Positions 56,522-64,000 of a DNA stretch of 64,000 nt are shown piece after piece. The DNA comes from a virus. The position numbers and the translations under genes were made by a program. The stretch covers positions 8,322 to 72,321 of IMG/VR virus record IMGVR_UViG_3300022818_000051; one strand, 5' to 3'. The notes under the pieces were generated by a model. That model saw only the letters and a list, made by a program, of their open reading frames with translations, searched no databases and was not told where the DNA came from. The number at the start of each line of letters is the position of its first letter. Positions within the stretch are counted from its first letter, which is position 1.

Positions 56522-57229
56522 TCATTTGTGCTGAAACCATACATCAGTCTCACTCTTTCCACCCCGAAACACTCCATTAACGGGATGGCCGTGGATGGGA
56601 TTAAATTGCCCGTAATACATAGCGTAATTAAATATGGCCATATCTACGGTATGCTCAATTGGGCGTGCGACACATTCATTGATAACCCATTTAAAAGAAT
56701 TAAAAAATCTCTCCATCACCGACCAGCTTCCGCCTATAATTCCGGGGTTAAGTACCTGCTCGCTGCTATTCATGATTTCAATAAACATGTGGAGCTTTTG
56801 TAGCACTGGATTTTCCCTCGCAGGGTTCAGCCAAGCACACTGTACTAATGTTCCGCACTCGTCACCACAATACAGCCTTTCGGAATCTATAAATGGGAAT
56901 GGATTATTTATAACTTCCACATCCCATATATCTGTAAAAAATGCGGCATCTGGCTTTATGCGTTGAAGGAACTCCAAGAACAACATGTAACGATAATCGT
57001 ATATCTGCATTCCTTCAGGACATTTTGCAACCCTAACGAATTCTATTCCAGCAAACTTCGCCATAAATTCGTATGACAGATTGTCATGCAAAATTACACC
57101 ATGTAGGTTATGCCGAAGCACAGAATCACACCACTTCTGGATATACTCAGGGTTATTCGGGGCGGTAGTGATACCACGCTGGGTATCAATGGCGGAAGTT
57201 AGGTAGGATGAGACGATTAGGTTAGTCAT
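56522..57229 (-). CDS. GT-A fold glycosyltransferase-like protein
   Basis: ILHD, RY..FLEFL, FFTDIWDV (DxD-like), LNPGIIGG, DMAIFN. Confidence 0.7.
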   Translation of the reverse strand: MTNLIVSSYLTSAIDTQRGITTAPNNPEYIQKWCDSVLRHNLHGVILHDNLSYEFMAKFAGIEFVRVAKCPEGMQIYDYRYMLFLEFLQRIKPDAAFFTDIWDVEVINNPFPFIDSERLYCGDECGTLVQCAWLNPARENPVLQKLHMFIEIMNSSEQVLNPGIIGGSWSVMERFFNSFKWVINECVARPIEHTVDMAIFNYAMYYGQFNPIHGHPVNGVFRGGKSETDVWFQHK

Positions 57230-57233
57230 GATA

Positions 57234-57485
57234 TTACTGAGTATTTTCATTAAAAAATTCGTCAATAGTAGTTTCATTTCCTTCTACATAGGTATCTTTT
57301 GGTGTATCCATGAATATTGCTAATTCTCTACGTATTTGGCCTTCCGTTTTCGGATTTAAACCTTTTTGTTGCAAGTAGTTTTTAAACTCTGATTTGCACT
57401 CATAACAAATATAACCTACCGATTGCACATAAGTATCACACATAATATTATCACAATCTTCTCTTGAACAGCTTAATACGCTCAT
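57234..57485 (-). CDS. Small Cys-rich protein with its own promoter and structured leader
   Basis: C.R.DC..IMC......GYIC.EC. Confidence 0.6.
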   Translation of the reverse strand: MSVLSCSREDCDNIMCDTYVQSVGYICYECKSEFKNYLQQKGLNPKTEGQIRRELAIFMDTPKDTYVEGNETTIDEFFNENTQ

Positions 57486-57683
57486 GGTTTTTTTATTTTT
57501 CAAACCCCGCAGAGCCAATCAGCAGTGGACGTGCGTCATGGGTACGGGGTTATGGCTGATTTTGTCTGTCGGCGTCCACTCCGCTAACAATAGCAAAGAT
57601 AAGTAATTATTTTTGATTATTTATACGCAGCCTGTAGTTTTAAGAATCTTTAACAATTTGCGGGATAGATATAAGTATTTTAT

Positions 57684-58562
57684 TTATTTTTTTTCTAATG
57701 CGAATTGGATAGCCTCGTTGTATGTAACACCATTATTTTTATAATTCATTCCAGTTTCAAACGCCCTCGGTTGCGTTTCTTTTAATCTAATAAATCTATC
57801 ATCTCTGTGACAACCAAATCCGCAAATCATACATCCAGTTTGAGTTTCACCCTTGTCATAAATTTCACAATAGGGTACTCTTTGCTGTCGTATAAAATCC
57901 CACTTGTTTTCATTATCCCAAATAGATAATGGGTAACTCGCAGGCCGCTTTGTCTCAAAAGCGTTACAACCAGTGGTTAGGTATTTCTGCAATCTTAAAC
58001 GGCTTTCGTCTACGGAAGTGCCTATTATCGGGAATAACTTATTCTCTTTTTCAAATTTATACGCAGGCCTTTTCTTTAAATAATAACAGCATTTTTCGGA
58101 AACATCAAAAGGTGCGTAGATTAAGTGCTTCCATTTTTCGGATATTTTGCCCTGATTACCTTTTCTCCCATTTAAGCGCAACTCCAGTAGTTTTTCGCTT
58201 TTAGTGGTTCTTGCCTCTCGTATATACTGCGCCTGCTCTTTTGATACTAATGGAAATCCACACTTTTCGATTACGGATTTTAAATTCATTTCTGGTTGGA
58301 TTGTTTGGCAATCAACACTTTTTATAAACCTATATATCTCTGGGAACTCATTTGTTGTGTTAAAAAACACAGCTTTTATATCTGGCTTAATTATTTTTGC
58401 GAGATATAATAAAATGGTACTATCCTTCCCGCCAGAAAAAGAAACATACGCATTGTTGCCAGAAAAAGCCAATGCTTTTTCAATCGTAAATAATGCGTGG
58501 TCAATCTTTTGGTTAAGAGTCCAACCTAATCTATCATTTAGTACTTCCCTTGTGATTATCAT
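57684..58562 (-). CDS. PAPS-reductase-family (PP-loop, Fe-S) protein
   Basis: VSFSGGKDS, SEKCC..LKK.P, TGCMICGFG. Confidence 0.85.
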   Translation of the reverse strand: MIITREVLNDRLGWTLNQKIDHALFTIEKALAFSGNNAYVSFSGGKDSTILLYLAKIIKPDIKAVFFNTTNEFPEIYRFIKSVDCQTIQPEMNLKSVIEKCGFPLVSKEQAQYIREARTTKSEKLLELRLNGRKGNQGKISEKWKHLIYAPFDVSEKCCYYLKKRPAYKFEKENKLFPIIGTSVDESRLRLQKYLTTGCNAFETKRPASYPLSIWDNENKWDFIRQQRVPYCEIYDKGETQTGCMICGFGCHRDDRFIRLKETQPRAFETGMNYKNNGVTYNEAIQFALEKK

Positions 58563-58697
58563 TTTTTTATTATTTTATGCGCTAATTGCGTACAATAATT
58601 TTCTGCTTCATCGCAGATTTCTTCGTAGTATTTATCTCTTTCCAAAAATGGCATTAGAAAAATAAAGTAAAAAAAATGGATCATACTCTTCATATCT

Positions 58698-60167
58698 TTA
58701 AGTTGTTTCTATTTTCACTACCCTTATTTTATTTTTCTTCAACTTATGCGGCACAGTCACCGTTTCTTGAGTTCCGTCATATGATTCCCAGTCCGCCTTC
58801 ATCTCGATAAAGTCGTCCTGCGAGAACCACGCCCTTGATGACCATGCGTTTATCTTTCGTGCCACGTTATTCCTGACCCATGACCAGTGGTGCATGGTGC
58901 ACAACTCTTTTGGCAGCATGGTCATCTGCTTTGCATATATTCTTCGTGTTGCATCGGTAGGAATGTTTATCGGCATATCATGGATAAACCTCAGTGATGT
59001 CCTGCACAGGAATGGTACTCCACGTGGCGCATCATAGCAGTCATCTTCCAGCACATGGAATTTATCCTTATAATAATTGATATAGTAACAATAGGTGGCA
59101 TCTACAAGGTTATCCCTTACGAATTTCTTCCCCGCCGCAAATTCGTCGTGCGTATAGAATTCGTCTGAATCTATCACTATACCATAGTCACACCCTTTGG
59201 CTTCCATATATGCCATACCCTGATTACGCTTAACCGTCTCCTGCTCACGTGCGGGCAGCCACGGTATGCGATGGAATTCCACTATATCATCTACCAGTCC
59301 GCTCGCTTTTAGTTCCAGTACCATCCGCAGGTCATCGGCGGCAATCGGTATTCCCGTATATGATTCCCGTTGGAGAAGGATGACGACTACATCCACGAGG
59401 TCACGCACTTCAAGCAGTATATCTCGCATATGTTCTGCGCCCTCGAAGATGTTTATCGCCATCCCTATTTTTATCTTGTTTTCCCAGTCGGGTAGTGTCA
59501 CTACCCACTTGTTCATTTGCGCTTTGGCTTCGTCAAAACTATACCCTTCAGTGGGTGGGTGCATGACCACCACGGCGTCATCGACAACATTTTTCAATTG
59601 ACGATTATGCGCACGTTTACAGAGATAGACATCAGTACCCCACCCGAGGCGGTTAATCTCCGTATCTACCGTGAATCCCAGTTCGGTGCGGAACATTTGA
59701 AACCACCCCTCCATATATGGCACTTCACGATAGTTATTCGTTCCCGCATTATATCCGGGCGGATGTGACCGTCCGCGTTTATCGCATGACGGCTGATAAT
59801 TGCCCACCGATGGCTGTAGTGAAATATGGGACATGTGCTCTACGAGGATAGCTGCGTTCCTGTCATCTATCTGTCCATCGGAGGTTATCAGGCATAACCA
59901 TTTATATCCCTTGGCGAGAGCTATCGCCTCGTTGAAAAGCCCACCATAGTATACATTACCATAGGTGGCGGCAGACGGACACGGAGGGTTGGAACCTGAA
60001 TCAAGTATCACCGTTGGAAAATGTGGTGACATGATGGATTTCCACCGCAGCGAATTGGCGTTATAGTTGTGATTGACAATAGCGACAAAAATATCAGGAA
60101 GGTCGGTCGTGGTTAGCGGCACACGTTGGGGTGCGCCAGTCTTGGCGATGTCGGTGGGGGTGGGCAT
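58698..60167 (-). CDS. Two-domain glycosyltransferase (GT2-like twice)
   Basis: VNHNY..ILDSGS..ITSD..GWGTD; second domain E..KRN.G...DY...IDSDEFY...MHH.SWVR. Confidence 0.8.
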   Translation of the reverse strand: MPTPTDIAKTGAPQRVPLTTTDLPDIFVAIVNHNYNANSLRWKSIMSPHFPTVILDSGSNPPCPSAATYGNVYYGGLFNEAIALAKGYKWLCLITSDGQIDDRNAAILVEHMSHISLQPSVGNYQPSCDKRGRSHPPGYNAGTNNYREVPYMEGWFQMFRTELGFTVDTEINRLGWGTDVYLCKRAHNRQLKNVVDDAVVVMHPPTEGYSFDEAKAQMNKWVVTLPDWENKIKIGMAINIFEGAEHMRDILLEVRDLVDVVVILLQRESYTGIPIAADDLRMVLELKASGLVDDIVEFHRIPWLPAREQETVKRNQGMAYMEAKGCDYGIVIDSDEFYTHDEFAAGKKFVRDNLVDATYCYYINYYKDKFHVLEDDCYDAPRGVPFLCRTSLRFIHDMPINIPTDATRRIYAKQMTMLPKELCTMHHWSWVRNNVARKINAWSSRAWFSQDDFIEMKADWESYDGTQETVTVPHKLKKNKIRVVKIETT

Positions 60168-60179
60168 GAAGTGTCGGGA

Positions 60180-60347
60180 TTAAGAAATATACACCTTCGC
60201 AAGAGCGGCGTTTAGATCATCAAAATTCAGAATTATCTGATTTGACCCTTTTTCCACTACGATAGATATAATATCTTCGCCCTGTTTAAAAACTTTGTAA
60301 ATAACATCATCATTCACTCCTGTAAAAACAATCGGTTCTATTACCAT
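60180..60347 (-). CDS. small hypothetical protein, 55 aa (MVIEPIV...), not in the ORF track
   Basis: Hand translation; lies between portal and GT gene. Confidence 0.45.
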   Translation of the reverse strand: MVIEPIVFTGVNDDVIYKVFKQGEDIISIVVEKGSNQIILNFDDLNAALAKVYIS

Positions 60348-60515
60348 AGCTTTATTTATTATTTGTTAATTGCATCCATTCGATATATTTATTATACAAG
60401 GTGAAATTATCGGCAAAAGTTCTCAGTTCCATATTTACCCAATCACCTTCTTCGGTATCAAACTCCCAACCGTTTTGCGAAATCCATGTCGGGAAATCTA
60501 CTTCGTCTATGTCAG

Positions 60516-62075
60516 TCATCCTTTATTCCCCACAGCCTGATTATTCCCCGCCTGTCCTGTCATCCGAGTAGCCGCAGTGCGTTCAGCATCCTTGGCGGCT
60601 TTTTCTTCATCAGCCTGCACCTTTGCAGCCTCCTCTTCCAGCAGTCTGTCAAGTTCGCGTGAGTTGTTGAATTCTATTTCCTCCGCACCCGTCTGGCGTG
60701 AAGTCAGCCCGGCGTTCTTGGCAGCACAGATATTGTTTATTTCTTCTGATGTATTTCGTGGCGTGCATGGTGTCAAAACGTACATCATGCGCATATTGCG
60801 ATACGCTGTTGTATCTTTTTCGCATAGTCCGACAAGTTGCGTAAACAATGATATTATTTCGCTTAGCGCAGGTCGTAGTTCGGAAATCATATTCTTAGCC
60901 CACTGAATTTCAGGCCAGTAGAGGTTTTGTATGAATGCGCCGGTATTTTCGCCAGCCTTTATTTCGTCAGGGGACAGGACAGTCATACCGAGTGTCCACC
61001 ATAAAAGCTTTAGATTCTTTTCAAGTTCGATTGTGAAGGTATCACTTGCATCGGCAGGTTTTAGTATTTCCGCCTTGCCATTTTCGGACTTGCTTGCGAT
61101 AACCTTGCCCATCTGATCTGCTTCGGGTAGCGACATCACGCCACCGCTCAGGAACATTATCTGATAGGCGTAGTACTTATTATTCTCACGTAGGTCGGAC
61201 AGTGATTTTTCTATATTCTCCATCGCTGGCTGCCCTTTTCCCCACACGACATCATCCAGTCGCCAATAGGTTACAGGACATCTACCCGTGTTGTGTGCGG
61301 TTTCTTTTATTTTTACATACCCATCTTCGGATATATCACCCCTGATGCCGCCTACCCATGCCAGAATTTTCTTAAACAAACCCTTGTCAAGTTCAGAACT
61401 CAATTCATCTTTTACCCACAGTTCGATGACCTTATCGCCGTATATTTCTACCGCCTGCTTGCCGTTAAAGCGGAATAGGCGTATGAAAATATCATTGCCT
61501 TTTTCGTCTTTGGTCTTATTTATAATATCGCCCTTTTCATATGTAAAGACCTTATATTCGATTTTATCATCTTCGTTCCTATATTGGTACAGTCCAGCAT
61601 CGGCGCACCCGTATAGTCCCCTGCCCCAAGATGATAGTGCATCTTTCATTCCAGTCTGTTCCCAGTAAGACTTGAATGTGGCGACAAGTTCGTCATTTGT
61701 TTCGTCTTTCTTTTTACCCAGACTGCCAAACCATATGTCATTGCCAAAACTTCCAGTAACCTTATGCCTTAGTACGCCTTCCTGCGCTGCAATAGGTGAG
61801 CGTTCAACATCTGCCCATCCGTCAGCCTCGAACTTGTTGGTGGCGGTATTAAACTTAAATTTTGCACGCATGGCACGATAGACAGAAGAATTTATCTGAT
61901 GCGCAGACGGACATAGTTCGTCCATGAAATCTTTCTGTGTAAGAGCGGCATATTGTTGGGTGTCAAGAGCCATAGGATACGTTACGCCATCCTCGGCAGT
62001 GGTAGTGGTGGCAGAATATTCAGAATATATCCTGCGTTTCCAATAAGGTTTTTGAAGTAAATCTTCTATTTTCAT
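60516..62075 (-). CDS. Portal protein (SPP1 gp6-like)
   Basis: 519 aa; FGN.I.F, H..G..PV.Y.R, S..T..E, E..R..EE tail; promoter at 62098. Confidence 0.82.
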   Translation of the reverse strand: MKIEDLLQKPYWKRRIYSEYSATTTTAEDGVTYPMALDTQQYAALTQKDFMDELCPSAHQINSSVYRAMRAKFKFNTATNKFEADGWADVERSPIAAQEGVLRHKVTGSFGNDIWFGSLGKKKDETNDELVATFKSYWEQTGMKDALSSWGRGLYGCADAGLYQYRNEDDKIEYKVFTYEKGDIINKTKDEKGNDIFIRLFRFNGKQAVEIYGDKVIELWVKDELSSELDKGLFKKILAWVGGIRGDISEDGYVKIKETAHNTGRCPVTYWRLDDVVWGKGQPAMENIEKSLSDLRENNKYYAYQIMFLSGGVMSLPEADQMGKVIASKSENGKAEILKPADASDTFTIELEKNLKLLWWTLGMTVLSPDEIKAGENTGAFIQNLYWPEIQWAKNMISELRPALSEIISLFTQLVGLCEKDTTAYRNMRMMYVLTPCTPRNTSEEINNICAAKNAGLTSRQTGAEEIEFNNSRELDRLLEEEAAKVQADEEKAAKDAERTAATRMTGQAGNNQAVGNKG

Positions 62076-62097
62076 AGGTTATTGGGAAAAGTATGGA

Positions 62098-62186
62098 CAA
62101 AGATAGTAAGAAAAAAAATAATATCCAAATTTAATGAAAATTAACAGAGGAAAGTTTGGAAAGTCAAAAGTTATTAGTTATCTTTG
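62098..62186. promoter_or_regulatory. Divergent TATCTTTG promoter pair (portal operon on -, next operon on +)
   Basis: CAAAGATA at 62098-62105 and TATCTTTG at 62179-62186. Confidence 0.7.
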
Positions 62187-62209
62187 TCGGAAAATAATAA
62201 TAGAAAAAT

Positions 62210-62584
62210 ATGGAAATACGAGAATTGAGAATTGGAAATTTTGTGTATGATGAATACTGCGGTGCGGTGTACATAGAAGAAATTAGAAGGGATGGGGTTA
62301 TCGCTACGAATGCGAAAAGAGGAAAAATTTCAGGGTTTTTCTCAATAAACCTTATTAGCCCACTTGCATTAACCGAAGAAATACTGTTAAAGGCTGGTTT
62401 TTATATGGACATAAACTCTTTTCAGCATTTGAAAATAAATCCCACAGAGTTAAGATGGTCAGATGCCCAAAGCGGTTTTTATGTCAACTGCCACAAATAT
62501 GGATTAACGTTTATTAAATTCGTCCACCAACTCCAAAATCTCTATTTTGCGATTACTGGCGAAGAACTTAAAATTTCACTTTAA
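62210..62584 (+). CDS. Conserved Bacteroidota phage protein
   Basis: ELRIGN.V...LTEEIL.K.GF...VHQLQNLYFA.TGEEL. Confidence 0.75.
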   Translation: MEIRELRIGNFVYDEYCGAVYIEEIRRDGVIATNAKRGKISGFFSINLISPLALTEEILLKAGFYMDINSFQHLKINPTELRWSDAQSGFYVNCHKYGLTFIKFVHQLQNLYFAITGEELKISL

Positions 62585-62991
62585 TTAAATTTATATGAAA
62601 AACTTCTTATTCCGATTATCAGTAATACCATTCGGTATATACGTAGTGTTGTGGGGTTTATATTCCCTTACGTGTTGGCTATTTACAGGATTGAGTGCCA
62701 AAGAATGGCAGGGCTTGACCAAATGGGGCGAAAAATTAGGGGTATGGTAATTAATACGGACACAGCAAACCCGATAGCCGACATCAAGGCGCAATTTGAA
62801 CATGTAAAGAGTTTAGGTTGTAAATATACAAAACCCACGTGTTATATAGATATAAGGTTAGTGCCTCAATTATTGTCTAAATCTAAATGCAAGGATTTGG
62901 CTGAAGTAGAACGTAAATACGAAGAAATATATGGAGAACCAATTAAAATTATACCACAAGAATTTATTCACTTTAACTAAACCTAATAATT

Positions 62992-63423
62992 ATGAACCTA
63001 TTCAAAAAATCCCCACCCTCCATCACCTATCCTCTTATGCGTGACAAGGAGGTGTGTTACAGTGTTGTTATGTCCGAAAAAAAGGTAGAATTTCAGTCAG
63101 CAGCGAAAGACTGGACGCTGGCGTTTACATCGGCGACATACGAGTATGGACTGATCACTTATCTTATAAGCAAGGAAGATATGGATGCCGTTCACCAATT
63201 AGTGCAGGCAATGTTTTTGACACGCATGATGTTCCATGATATAAAACTCCTCAAGGAATTTTACAAGGAACTGGACAGGTATCAGAAGCGCATGGTTCGT
63301 GAAGCTGCCGCAAAACCCGCCGCTCAGCCCGATGCTGAGATTCTTGCGGAAGAAAAAGCACTAATGGAGCGTACACCAGAATCGGTAACGGAATTGGAAA
63401 CAATTAAAAAAGCAGAGAAATGA
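62992..63423 (+). CDS. hypothetical phage protein
   Basis: 143-aa ORF in the plus-strand operon. Confidence 0.55.
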   Translation: MNLFKKSPPSITYPLMRDKEVCYSVVMSEKKVEFQSAAKDWTLAFTSATYEYGLITYLISKEDMDAVHQLVQAMFLTRMMFHDIKLLKEFYKELDRYQKRMVREAAAKPAAQPDAEILAEEKALMERTPESVTELETIKKAEK

Positions 63424-63604
63424 CACGACAAGAACTAATCACAGAAATTGTGGCACTCGTTATCTCTGGCGAAATCACCGATGTGGAATCTTTCGGTGCT
63501 GGCGAAAATTGGTCACGTACCAAGAAGCAAAATGAACTGCGCTCAGAAAGATGGGCGGCGGTAAAAATTGGAAAACATTTTATTTATGTAAAAAAAGAAT
63601 TATT

Positions 63605-64000
63605 ATGATACCAGAAAAAGGAATTGATTATCGCTTTGGCGCAAAAACCCTGCACGCAGGATGTGAAATGCTGCCTGATGGCGGAAAAGATATTGAATAT
63701 ATCGTCATTGAGCGCATCGAAGTAAAAGAAAAAGAAAACGTAGGAGGAAGGCAGGAAGAAAATGTATGGATAGGCTATTTTGCTCCAAACCCTTACACCA
63801 CGCTTCCTTTCATTATCAACGCGACCAATAGAAAGCGAATCGCAAAAATGTCAGGGACAAGGCAAATAAACCTTCTTAAAAATTTCCCTGTGCGCCTGAC
63901 ACATGAAGATGCGAAAGATATGCAGGATGGTGGCACGACATGGGGTCTCCGCATATCCAAACTCCCTCCCAAAATGCCGCCAATTACCGCAACCGCCGTT
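63605..64000 (+). CDS. hypothetical phage protein, truncated by the window end (MIPEKGIDYR...)
   Basis: Open frame to the end of the window; PFIINATNRKRIAK motif. Confidence 0.6.
   Translation, partial: MIPEKGIDYRFGAKTLHAGCEMLPDGGKDIEYIVIERIEVKEKENVGGRQEENVWIGYFAPNPYTTLPFIINATNRKRIAKMSGTRQINLLKNFPVRLTHEDAKDMQDGGTTWGLRISKLPPKMPPITATAV

Noticed and set aside
1-64000. Stop-codon reassignment
   Set aside because: Long genes are intact in code 11, coding density is high and no suppressor tRNA was seen

Overview
A 64-kb slice of a tailed dsDNA phage (siphovirus-like) that most likely infects Bacteroidota, judged by recurrent TAnnTTTG promoter boxes and the near absence of Shine-Dalgarno sites. 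Layout: (1) 1-9.6 kb, minus-strand DNA-metabolism genes (VRR-NUC, toprim primase-like, HNH, adenine MTase, D5/SF3 helicase); (2) 9.6-11.4 kb, non-coding, with inverted TACCAC iteron arrays and palindromes (likely origin and/or genome end); (3) 11.4-23.1 kb, plus-strand small early genes, a serine recombinase and a solo TnpB; (4) 23.2-46.9 kb, minus-strand lysis, tail and head operon; (5) a divergent large terminase carrying a class-3 LAGLIDADG intein; (6) 49.7-62.1 kb, a minus-strand block from portal through five glycosyltransferase-like genes, two SAM methyltransferases and a PAPS-reductase-like gene to two tRNAs and an HNH. Most notable: the portal-linked glycosylation/methylation cassette (candidate virion-glycosylation system), an orphan DGR target with a possible truncated TR and no RT in the window, a pseudoknotted RNA candidate between the tRNAs, recurring pseudoknotted leaders, and an unannotated Com-like zinc ribbon heading the capsid operon. 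All calls come from reading motifs by eye; no searches were run.
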